A DNA stretch of 64,000 nt from an uncultured Methanoregulaceae archaeon (GTDB taxonomy: Archaea > Halobacteriota > Methanomicrobia > Methanomicrobiales > Methanospirillaceae): NCBI GenBank assembly GCA_963717525.1, contig OY970343.1:1728001-1792000 (forward strand), in the 5' to 3' direction. This document shows positions 44,107 through 52,676 of this stretch, one piece after another (the stretch's first letter is position 1; the number at the start of each line of letters is the position of its first letter). The notes below the pieces were generated by a model. It was not told where the DNA came from, made no database searches, and saw nothing but the letters and a program-made list of their open reading frames with translations. Position numbers and translations under genes: made by a program.

Positions 44107-44187
44107 GAGAGAGTGACTTTCCCGGAAATACCTCCCTATCCATCTTGGGATCGGCTGATATTTCCGGAGTGCGTGAAATACTCTCTC
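44107..44187. repeat. Imperfect ~80-nt inverted repeat between convergent sepS and prk
   Basis: GAGAGAGT/ACTCTCTC, TTTC/GAAA, CCGGAAATA/TATTTCCGG, TCCC/GGGA nested pairs. Confidence 0.7.
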
Positions 44188-44225
44188 ATCGGAGAGCGCA
44201 AAGTACTTTTCAGGAAAGAGACGGA

Positions 44226-45191
44226 TCAGGTTTGATCCTGCAGGAATATTCGCCGGTTGATGATCCGCCATGAGAGGATCAGCTGGACAATATCGGTCGC
44301 GGTCACGGTCTTCCGGTTCTCGAACATCGCAATGGGGGTCACCCCGGTCTGCTGCTCAATCGAGAGCTCCAGCTTCCGTACCGTGTCGTAATTCATCTCA
44401 CCGTCAAAGGTGAGGGCCCGCAGGAAGGGGCACTCGATCCGCCGGGTCGAGAACTCGATAGAGAAATCACTGTCATGAAAGGCAAGAAGTGACGTAAGAT
44501 CGATAGAGAGCGCGATATCGCGGACTGCCTGGTTCATCGGGTTCTGGAGAAGCGAGATTGAATAAACGTTTTTCTCCGGCCCCAGCTCCGGCCCGTACTT
44601 TCGATACCCGATCCGTATGATCGCATCGGCAAAGCAACGCTGGGGCTCGATATATGCCGTGTAATCCGCTTCGCGCCGGGCGATCTCGTCACTGACCTCG
44701 GCAGACAAATAGCCCCGCTGCCCGGTATCGCGCTGTCGTTTCCACGCGTACTTGACCTCCCGGTCCGGATCGACAAAAACCGAAAAGTCCATCAACGACC
44801 TCAGTGTCGGGGTATAAAGGGTGTGCAGCCCCTCAAGGATAAGGATCTTTTTTGAGGCAAACGGCACCGGAGGATCGAAGGTCCCGGTCACATGGTTGTA
44901 GACCGGTTTTTCTATTGCACGACCCTCTTTGAGACGAGCTACATCCGCTTCAAGTTGTGTGAGGTTGTTCGCCTCGGGATTGAGCGGGGTAACATCGCGG
45001 CGACGACGTTCATCTCGGTCAAACTTATGATAGTCATCGAGCGTAATGGTAGCAACGAGATCCGGGCCAAAGATCTGGCGGATGGCATTGGTAAATGTTG
45101 TCTTCCCTGACCCGCTGTCACCAGCAACACCTATAATAAAGACTCGCGGCGACCGGGCGATGATCTCCTTGAAATTAAGGACAGGGGGCAT
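44226..45191 (-). CDS. prk: Phosphoribulokinase (archaeal type)
   Basis: IGVAGDSGSGKTT, LDDYH..DR..R, LNPEANN, KPVYNH.TG, EGLH, WK..RD..QRGY; start ATG 45191 inferred. Confidence 0.88.
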   Translation of the reverse strand: MPPVLNFKEIIARSPRVFIIGVAGDSGSGKTTFTNAIRQIFGPDLVATITLDDYHKFDRDERRRRDVTPLNPEANNLTQLEADVARLKEGRAIEKPVYNHVTGTFDPPVPFASKKILILEGLHTLYTPTLRSLMDFSVFVDPDREVKYAWKRQRDTGQRGYLSAEVSDEIARREADYTAYIEPQRCFADAIIRIGYRKYGPELGPEKNVYSISLLQNPMNQAVRDIALSIDLTSLLAFHDSDFSIEFSTRRIECPFLRALTFDGEMNYDTVRKLELSIEQQTGVTPIAMFENRKTVTATDIVQLILSWRIINRRIFLQDQT

Positions 45192-45276
45192 GTGCACCTG
45201 TACGTTCGATGCAATCGGTCTTAAGTTCGCGGATGTGAGGGGAATGTACCGGAAGTGAGATTTCATATTTACTAAG

Positions 45277-45326
45277 TGTTAGAGATAAATAACATTAAAA
45301 GAAATAAGCGTTAGAAATATATAACA
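45277..45326. promoter_or_regulatory. Two tandem palindromic operators GTTA-N8-TAAC
   Basis: TGTTAgagataaaTAACA (45277-45294) and cGTTAgaaatataTAACA (45309-45326). Confidence 0.7.
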
Positions 45327-45344
45327 ATCAGGGTGTGAATGTTC

Positions 45345-45578
45345 ATGCAGACAAGAATCAGGGAGTACCGGGCCATGTATGAGCTGACTCAGGACGACCT
45401 CGCAAAAAAAGTTGGCGTGCGGCGGGAGACGATTGTCTTTCTCGAACAGGGAAAATACAACCCCTCGCTCAGGCTGGCACACGATATTGCAAAAGCCCTG
45501 CACGCAAAAATCGATGACCTCTTTATCTTCGGAGACGATGAACCGGAGCCGGAGAGGCGGGTTGTGCTCGTGGACTAA
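45345..45578 (+). CDS. XRE/Cro-family HTH transcriptional regulator
   Basis: [36 protein letters not shown]. Confidence 0.93.
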   Translation: MQTRIREYRAMYELTQDDLAKKVGVRRETIVFLEQGKYNPSLRLAHDIAKALHAKIDDLFIFGDDEPEPERRVVLVD

Positions 45579-45590
45579 ACCGGTACGAAA

Positions 45591-47903
45591 TCAGGGAGCC
45601 GCAGGTTCCGGCCCGGCCGTGCATGCTCCCTCCATTTCATATTTCTCCGATTCCTGACACAGCTCACAAAGAATTTTTACCGTTGCCTCCTTGTCAAGCG
45701 GCACATTGTCATTGCCACACTTGGGTGAGTAAATGCACGAAGGGCAGCCTTTTTTGCATGGGCAGTCACGGACCAGCTCATGCGCGCTCAAAAAAAGTGC
45801 AGGAAGAAGGGTAAACGCTTTCTCAGCAAGACCGATACCGCCTTCGTACCCGTCATAAACAAAAATTGTGGGATCGCCATTCTCTCCAAACGCTGGAGAT
45901 GAGAGGCCACCGATATCCCAACGGTCGCACATCACATGCAGTGGCATAAGTGCGATCAGTGCGTGTTCCGCGCCATGCAGGCCTCCGGCAAGGTCAAGTC
46001 CGGCCCTGGATACAGATGTAGCAACCTGATCGGGCATGACAAGCCAGAACGCCTTTGTCCGGAACGTCAGTGGAGGAAGGTTCAGTGGTTCGACGCCGAG
46101 GATCGTGTCGCCTTTTTTGATCTTGTAGCCAGTGTACTGCTCGGTCACTTCTACATCGCCAAACGCACATTTTACACCCTTCAATTCACGGGTTTCCTGC
46201 GTTTCAATCACGCGGAGATCGACCTCCTTAAGCGGCTGGGTATAATAATCCACGTCAGTCTCGCTCACGCGGATCGTATGCATCTCAAGATCCATCTCGT
46301 TGACCACGTAGATCTCGCCTTGGTGGAGCATGATCGCCCCCTTGTGTGCATCGCGGTAGGCCTGCGCACGGTCCATTGTTTCAAGCAGCCGGCCGTTACA
46401 GAGTATCCGGAAACTCTCGGCCGCCATGCCATCGAGCCGTACAGCCTCGGCAGCCCGGCCACGGCCGGCGTAAACCCACCCCCGGGGAGTCTTCTTCAAA
46501 AGACCGCTCTCCGCAAGCCCGGCGAGAAGCGGAGCAAAAGATTCGCCAAACAGCCCTGCATCCGTTTCCTCGCGCAACGGCTGCTCTGCTGCAGCGCAGA
46601 GGAGATGCCCCGAGACGATATAAGGGTTCTGCGTATCAATGATCGCGTGCTCATGCGAGCGGGAAAAGAACGCCTTCGGGTGATGCATAAAGTACTGGTC
46701 GAGAGGGTTTGCCTGCGCCACCAGCACCGCAAGTGACTCGGCCCCTTTCCGGCCGGCACGGCCTGCCTGTTGCCGGACCGACATCATGGTCCCGGGGTAC
46801 CCGTCTATAATCACCGCGTCAAGGGATCCGATGTCGATGCCAAGTTCGAGCGCGTTGGTCGAGACGACTCCCCGGATCTCCCCGCTCTTGAGCTGCCGCT
46901 CGATAGTGCGCCGCTCCTCGGGGAGGTAGCCGGCCCGGTACGCTGATATTGATTGGGCAAGATGCGCCGACGTGCGCCGGGCATCCTCCCGTGCCCAGAT
47001 GGTAAAGAGCTCTGCCATTTTTCTTGAGCCGGTGAAGCAGAGGGTCTGGAGATCCCCTTTGACACAGGAAATGAGGAGGTCCTTTGTTTCCTGGTGGGCG
47101 GAGCGTTCGCCGATTCCGTCAAAAAAAGGATTGTAGAGGACAAAGTGCCGGGTCCCATGCGGAGAACCGTCGGTATCGACCAGCGTAAAAGGCCGGCCGA
47201 CAAGTCGCCCGGCAAACTCCTCCGGGTTTGCAAGGGTTGCCGTTGAGAGGACAAACTGCGGATCGGAGCCATATGCACGGGCCACCCGCGACAGCCGCCG
47301 GATCAAAAGCGCGATCTGTGAGCCAAAGATCCCCCGGTACCGGTGCGCTTCATCGATCACGACAAATTTCAGGTGCGAAAAAAACGGGCTCCACTTCGCG
47401 TGCCACGAGAGCACCTGGTGGATCTCGTGCGGGTTGGATATGACGATCCGGGAGTTCTCGCGGATCGCCGCCCGTTTCGATTGGGGCGTATCACCGTCAT
47501 AGATCGCTGGTTTTGCCGGGATTCCAGTAAACTTTTCCATTGCCGCAAGCGTGGAGTACTGGTCGTTTGAAAGGGCTTTTGTGGGATAAAGGTACAGCGC
47601 CCGCGCCTCCGGGTCAGCTGCAAGACAGGAGAAGACGGGGATGTTGAATGCAAGGGTCTTTCCGCTTGCCGTGGGTGTGGTAATAATCACGTTTTTTTTC
47701 GCGCGAAGAGCGTTAATCGCCTCGCACTGGTGGGAATACAGCCGGATGTTGTTCTGTGCAAGGTATGCATCAAGCGCCCCGGGGAGCGGCGCGTCCAGTA
47801 TACCGTAACTGGCCGGCTCAGGATCCTGGATCTGTTGGCTGGTGACCCGGCTGCGGTATACCGGATTGGTCCCAAGGAGCCGGATAACATCATCAACAGC
47901 CAC
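45591..47903 (-). CDS. DEAH-box helicase with DUF1998 Zn domain (YprA/MrfA/Hrq1 family)
   Basis: TPTASGKT, PTKAL, DEAH, SAT, LELGIDIG, QQAGRAGR, CPC..GCPSC....KCGN; GTG start at 47903 inferred. Confidence 0.93.
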   Translation of the reverse strand: MAVDDVIRLLGTNPVYRSRVTSQQIQDPEPASYGILDAPLPGALDAYLAQNNIRLYSHQCEAINALRAKKNVIITTPTASGKTLAFNIPVFSCLAADPEARALYLYPTKALSNDQYSTLAAMEKFTGIPAKPAIYDGDTPQSKRAAIRENSRIVISNPHEIHQVLSWHAKWSPFFSHLKFVVIDEAHRYRGIFGSQIALLIRRLSRVARAYGSDPQFVLSTATLANPEEFAGRLVGRPFTLVDTDGSPHGTRHFVLYNPFFDGIGERSAHQETKDLLISCVKGDLQTLCFTGSRKMAELFTIWAREDARRTSAHLAQSISAYRAGYLPEERRTIERQLKSGEIRGVVSTNALELGIDIGSLDAVIIDGYPGTMMSVRQQAGRAGRKGAESLAVLVAQANPLDQYFMHHPKAFFSRSHEHAIIDTQNPYIVSGHLLCAAAEQPLREETDAGLFGESFAPLLAGLAESGLLKKTPRGWVYAGRGRAAEAVRLDGMAAESFRILCNGRLLETMDRAQAYRDAHKGAIMLHQGEIYVVNEMDLEMHTIRVSETDVDYYTQPLKEVDLRVIETQETRELKGVKCAFGDVEVTEQYTGYKIKKGDTILGVEPLNLPPLTFRTKAFWLVMPDQVATSVSRAGLDLAGGLHGAEHALIALMPLHVMCDRWDIGGLSSPAFGENGDPTIFVYDGYEGGIGLAEKAFTLLPALFLSAHELVRDCPCKKGCPSCIYSPKCGNDNVPLDKEATVKILCELCQESEKYEMEGACTAGPEPAAP

Positions 47904-48966
47904 AGCTCTCCTCCAGCAAATACAGGAAAAGACGGGCGAGCGAGACCACATCCTGCCGGTTGTGGTCGACGATGGGGACAAGAGGGCCGCAATTGTTCGT
48001 TCGCAGGTAGGTCTCGTAGAACTCGGGCACCATCTGGCCAGGCACATCATCAGAACGGCTTACCCCGAGAATTGAAGACTCAAGCGCCGAGAGCCGGTAT
48101 GAAGCCAACTGACCTTTCCACCGGCGCCGCGAGAAATGCAGCATGTCAAAATGCAGGTTGCGGGGAATAGTCCCGAGGCCATAGTAAGCAAGCCGGTCCT
48201 GGATATAGGGAAGATCGAACGCTTTTCCGTTGAAAGTCACGAGTGCTGCCCCGTCTGACCCGCACCGGACAGCGGTCTCAGTAAGAGCGGCAGCCTCCTC
48301 ACAGATATCGCGCAGGAGATACTGTCGGACGATAAGTGATCCCTGTTCGATGGTGCCGATGCCAAAAAGGATGATCGGCCGGGAGAAGAGCCCAAGGGTT
48401 TCGATATCGAGAAAGACATAATCCTCAGGTGCAAACGAGCCGGCAGTCCCAAGTGCGAACCGGTGGGACTTCGCGTGCCTGCTGCCGATGAGATCCATTA
48501 CATCGGAGGGATCCGCACGGGTAAGCCGTTCAAGGACTTCCCGGGCAGCGAACCGGAATTTCGGGTGCTCTGCAAGATCTGCAATTGTCCGGTACCCCCG
48601 CACCTTCAGGCGCTGTTCCGATACCCCGCCCACCCCGTGTACAAGCGTGAGATCACTGAGCATGTCCTGTTTCAGGCCCCCGGTGTCAAACACAACCGAG
48701 GGCAGATCGTGACGACTCTCAAGCACCATGCAGCTGCCGCCCTCGTTTGAGACCACGTTTCCGGTAAAGAGGGCATCGAACCCGATACCATCGTACCTGG
48801 CCATCAGCTGGCCGAGCAGGGCACGGGCTTTATCGTACTCCGAGGAAAAAATGCAGCTGCCGGCAAGGCCTGCACCGAAAACATTCCCGTCGCGGACGAC
48901 ATCATATTCCTGAATGGCGTCCATCCGCTGCTGCCAGAGCAACGCAATCCTGCTTTCTGCCTGCAT
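47893..48966 (-). CDS. YprB/MrfB-like RNase H-fold exonuclease with HhH motif
   Basis: FLDIETLG, TFNGKAFDLPY, HFDMLH, HNRQDV; VHGVGG HhH; overlaps the helicase start. Confidence 0.88.
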   Translation of the reverse strand: MQAESRIALLWQQRMDAIQEYDVVRDGNVFGAGLAGSCIFSSEYDKARALLGQLMARYDGIGFDALFTGNVVSNEGGSCMVLESRHDLPSVVFDTGGLKQDMLSDLTLVHGVGGVSEQRLKVRGYRTIADLAEHPKFRFAAREVLERLTRADPSDVMDLIGSRHAKSHRFALGTAGSFAPEDYVFLDIETLGLFSRPIILFGIGTIEQGSLIVRQYLLRDICEEAAALTETAVRCGSDGAALVTFNGKAFDLPYIQDRLAYYGLGTIPRNLHFDMLHFSRRRWKGQLASYRLSALESSILGVSRSDDVPGQMVPEFYETYLRTNNCGPLVPIVDHNRQDVVSLARLFLYLLEESCGC

Positions 48967-49072
48967 AGCGGTTACCTGTACAGGACAGTCGGGAAACCGG
49001 ACAGTTAAAGGCCGGCCGTGGAGGGTGAAAGTGAAGCGAATCCTCATCATCAAGCCAGACACACTTTTTTTA

Positions 49073-49738
49073 ATGATTACGATCCTCCAGCACGGTGAGT
49101 ACGAACCTGCGGGCACTATCGTGGATTATCTGGATTCCCATCACGAACCGTACCAAATCCTCCGGCTCTACGAAGGCGATCCGCTCCCGGACGATCCGCC
49201 CGGCCGGTTTATAGTCCTTGGAGGCCAGATGAGTGCCAATGATGATCGGGAGTACCCCTTCCTTTCCCCTGAAAAAAAACTGGTACGGAGCGCGATCGGG
49301 CGGGATTGCACGGTGCTCGGGATCTGCCTTGGAGCCCAGCTGATCGCTGCTGCCTGCGGGAAAAGCGTGTATATGGGGATGGCGGAACTGGGATGGCGGA
49401 GCATTGAAGGGTGCAAAGGGTGCGGCGCCCCTTGGGATCAGCTCTTTCCGGCGTCGTTTGGGGTTTTTCACTGGCACCGGGAAACCTTCGATCTTCCGGA
49501 CGAGGCAAAACTCCTTGCCACGGAAAAGCAGGCGCCCAACCAGGCATTCCTGCTCGGCCACGCGCTCGGCGTCCAGTTTCACCCGGAGGTGACTCTCCCC
49601 GTGATCGCCAGCTGGGCACACGAGCTCAGCGCTGATGAGCAGAAACTGATGATCGTAGAATCAGAAAAAAAGATTGGAACAAACCGGCAGCTGTGCAGCG
49701 CGATCATGGATGCTTTCTGTACCGGCTGGAGCGGATAA
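49073..49738 (+). CDS. Class I glutamine amidotransferase
   Basis: LGICLGAQL, HWHRETF, QFHPE. Confidence 0.9.
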   Translation: MITILQHGEYEPAGTIVDYLDSHHEPYQILRLYEGDPLPDDPPGRFIVLGGQMSANDDREYPFLSPEKKLVRSAIGRDCTVLGICLGAQLIAAACGKSVYMGMAELGWRSIEGCKGCGAPWDQLFPASFGVFHWHRETFDLPDEAKLLATEKQAPNQAFLLGHALGVQFHPEVTLPVIASWAHELSADEQKLMIVESEKKIGTNRQLCSAIMDAFCTGWSG

Positions 49739-49750
49739 GGCAGGCCCGGA

Positions 49751-50527
49751 ATGACTCTCGAAAACGTGAAAGGATTTCTCATCGATATTGATGGCGTGCT
49801 CACGATTGGGGAGACCGCAATCCCGGGAGCACGGGAAGCAATAGAGCTGCTCAAATCCCGGGGCTACCCGTTCCGGTGCATTTCCAATTCTACAAGGAAG
49901 TGCCGGGCCTCCCTTGCAGCCCGGCTGGACAGGCTGGGATTCGCTATCCCCAAAAATGCGATATTCACCCCGCCGCTTGCCGCGGTAAAGTACATGGAGG
50001 AAACCGGAAAACATCGGGCATATCTCCTAACGACCGGCAACGTTGATCGGGACTTCGCCGGAGCCTGTACTGACGAGGGCTCGAATTCTGTTGACTATGT
50101 GATCGTCGGTGATGCGGGAGATCGGGTCACGTATGCGAGCATGAACCGGGCATTCCGCTGCCTGATGGAAGGGGCAGACCTTATCGCATTGGAAAAGGAC
50201 CGTTACTGGATGGCGCCTGACGGGCTCTCGCTCTCGGCCGGGCCGTTTGTTACGGCCCTTGAATCTGCCACCGGCAAGACCGCAACGGTGGTGGGGAAAC
50301 CCGCAAAGGCATTTTTTGATCTCGCGATTCGCGACATGGGGCTTGCCGCTGAAGAAGTCGTGATGATCGGTGACGACATCCTTACCGATATCGGTGGTGC
50401 ACAGGCCGCGGGGATGCGGGGTGTCCTTGTAAGGACCGGCAAATTCAGAAAGGATGTATTCGAAAAAAGCAGTGTACAACCTGCAGCAGTTATAAACTCT
50501 GTCGGCGATATTGGATCCCTCATATAA
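49751..50527 (+). CDS. HAD-IIA hydrolase (LHPP/HDHD2-like)
   Basis: DIDGVL, SNST, GKP, IGDDILTDIGG, RTGKF. Confidence 0.9.
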   Translation: MTLENVKGFLIDIDGVLTIGETAIPGAREAIELLKSRGYPFRCISNSTRKCRASLAARLDRLGFAIPKNAIFTPPLAAVKYMEETGKHRAYLLTTGNVDRDFAGACTDEGSNSVDYVIVGDAGDRVTYASMNRAFRCLMEGADLIALEKDRYWMAPDGLSLSAGPFVTALESATGKTATVVGKPAKAFFDLAIRDMGLAAEEVVMIGDDILTDIGGAQAAGMRGVLVRTGKFRKDVFEKSSVQPAAVINSVGDIGSLI

Positions 50528-50539
50528 CAGAATACAACC

Positions 50540-51646
50540 ATGTCCCGGACCGAACGATCCCTCGTTGTCATCATTATCGTGCTGCTTGCCATCGCCATTG
50601 CTGCCGGGTACCTGTATACCCGGCAGGCGGTTGTCGTCCCCCATATTGTTGTGGGATCGGAAGATTCGTCGCCGATTATGGCTACGCACACGTTCTCTTT
50701 TGAAAAGAACCAGATCACCATCTCAGTGCCGGTCGATGCAGCAGTCTATGACGGGGCAAAATCCACCGATAAATCGGTCTCCGTCTATGGCAATGTGACG
50801 GAGAGTGTATGGGTCACGGACAGTTACCTTGAGATGGTCAATGATCCGGCGCAGGACCAGATGTACACTGACCTCATCGCGCAGTTCCGGAAGATCCGGG
50901 ATGATGAGGGACTTTCAAGCGATGAATATCTCGAACTGATGGCCGCGTACACCCAGTCTCTAACCTACGAGACCACGCCGGACAACCCGACGAAGTACCC
51001 GGTCGAGACTGTCGTTGAAGGGGCCGGGGACTGTGATGACAAAAGCGTGCTGCTGGCCGGTCTCCTCTCACGCGAGGGGTATAAGGTATCACTTCTCTTG
51101 TTTTCCCCCGAGTCACACATGGCCCTTGGCGTCGGGTCTCCGGATTCGCTTTACAAGGACACCGGGTATGCCTACCTTGAGACAACCAACCTTTCCTATG
51201 TGGGAGTCCCTCCCGATGAACTTGAAGGGGGTGTGGTCCTCACGTCCGAGCCGCTGGTCGTTCCATTGGGGAACGGGACCACCCTCTATACAAGTGGGGC
51301 GGAGACGGCATACATCCACACTATGTCCACCCTGGCAGAACAGAAAGTGATGGGCGTGAACGCACAGGTACAGCCGCTCGCTTCCGATCTGACGACAAAA
51401 CAGAACCAGATAGCTCAGCTCGAATCCCAAATGCAGACAATGCGGGGTGCAGGAAATATCGGGGGGTACAATGCGCTGGTCTCATCCCACAACGAGCTCG
51501 TATCAGCCTATAACGCCGAACTTGCGACGTACCGCGATGATGTGGCACAGGGTAACACCTATGCAGAGGTTTATAATTACATTATTTCGCACGCATATGA
51601 CCGGAAAGGTACCTATGCCTGGGTAATGGCGAACATGCCCGGATAA
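50540..51646 (+). CDS. Membrane-anchored transglutaminase-like protein with C-terminal coiled coil
   Basis: N-term TM; YPVET....GDCDDKS, HMALGV, YAYLETT. Confidence 0.75.
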   Translation: MSRTERSLVVIIIVLLAIAIAAGYLYTRQAVVVPHIVVGSEDSSPIMATHTFSFEKNQITISVPVDAAVYDGAKSTDKSVSVYGNVTESVWVTDSYLEMVNDPAQDQMYTDLIAQFRKIRDDEGLSSDEYLELMAAYTQSLTYETTPDNPTKYPVETVVEGAGDCDDKSVLLAGLLSREGYKVSLLLFSPESHMALGVGSPDSLYKDTGYAYLETTNLSYVGVPPDELEGGVVLTSEPLVVPLGNGTTLYTSGAETAYIHTMSTLAEQKVMGVNAQVQPLASDLTTKQNQIAQLESQMQTMRGAGNIGGYNALVSSHNELVSAYNAELATYRDDVAQGNTYAEVYNYIISHAYDRKGTYAWVMANMPG

Positions 51647-51684
51647 AGGTGCATCAGGTTAGGGGCCTCTTAAAAAACGGGATT

Positions 51685-52572
51685 TCACTTGTCAGGCTCT
51701 TTAGGCACCGGCAGGCGATGATCCGTTGCAGCCTGCAGGCGCTGTATCGCCGTTTCGCAGTACTGCCGGGAGCTGTCGATCCCGATAAAACGGCGCCCGG
51801 ACTTTGCTGCGGCAAGCGTGGTCGTTCCCGCGCCATTGAACGGGTCAAGCACGATATCGTTTTTGTACGAGAAAAGTTTCATGATCCGGCGAGGAAGTTC
51901 CTCGGGAAACATCGCGGGATGATCGAACTCCTTCATCCGGTGCTCGGGGGTGATCTTCCAGCGGCCGATCACCCATTCCTTGAATTCGTCAGCAGTGATG
52001 TCAATATCCTCACGCCGGCCGGTTTTTTTGTGGGTTCCCTTGTCAAAAATCTCGACGAACTCCCAGGTGTATTTGATATAGGGCATCGAGGGCGATTTCC
52101 AGCTCCCCCACGCTGTGTACTTGGCATTATAGTTGTTCTTTTCCCAGAGAAACTCCGCCTTCCAGAGCAGCCCGAGCCCCAAGAGCTGGTTCGAGATGAT
52201 GTGGTGGGTAGGAACATAATCCGAAAAGAGCGGCTGGACATTGACGGCCAGTCTTCCCCCGGGCCGGAGGACCCGGACACATTCCACCCAGACTGAATTC
52301 AGGGTAGCGAAGTATTCGTTCCACTCATGCGTATCGTCATGGGGGTCCTGTGCGTAGGCGTGGCCGAAGTTATAAGGCGGAGAGGTGATGACAAGATCGA
52401 TACTCTCCGAAGGTATTCCCGAAAGAACAGAAAGCGCATCGCCGCAGAGGATCCGGTTCACAAAGGGTTCTATCGCTAGGTTTTCACGGGAGTGTAGGGA
52501 CTCTTTTTGGTCCTTTGAGCCCTTGCGGACTTTGGCCTTACCCGCTTTATCCTTCACTTTTTCCTGCCGCAC
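51685..52572 (-). CDS. Solitary beta-class N4/N6 DNA methyltransferase
   Basis: TSPPY precedes HPAMFP and LDPFNGAGTT; no adjacent endonuclease gene. Confidence 0.92.
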   Translation of the reverse strand: MRQEKVKDKAGKAKVRKGSKDQKESLHSRENLAIEPFVNRILCGDALSVLSGIPSESIDLVITSPPYNFGHAYAQDPHDDTHEWNEYFATLNSVWVECVRVLRPGGRLAVNVQPLFSDYVPTHHIISNQLLGLGLLWKAEFLWEKNNYNAKYTAWGSWKSPSMPYIKYTWEFVEIFDKGTHKKTGRREDIDITADEFKEWVIGRWKITPEHRMKEFDHPAMFPEELPRRIMKLFSYKNDIVLDPFNGAGTTTLAAAKSGRRFIGIDSSRQYCETAIQRLQAATDHRLPVPKEPDK

Positions 52573-52676
52573 GGATCACGCTGCCTTTAGGGTACTGATA
52601 GAGCGGAGAAGATAAAGAACGCATCTTCTCACCAGAACCGGAAGCCCAGCCCGGTAATTCTGGTCACAGAAACCAC

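Noticed and set aside
45591..48966. Anti-phage system built on the DUF1998 helicase (DISARM/Druantia-like)
   Set aside because: The helicase is full length and paired with a YprB-like exonuclease, matching the MrfAB-type repair pair; no defence partners are adjacent
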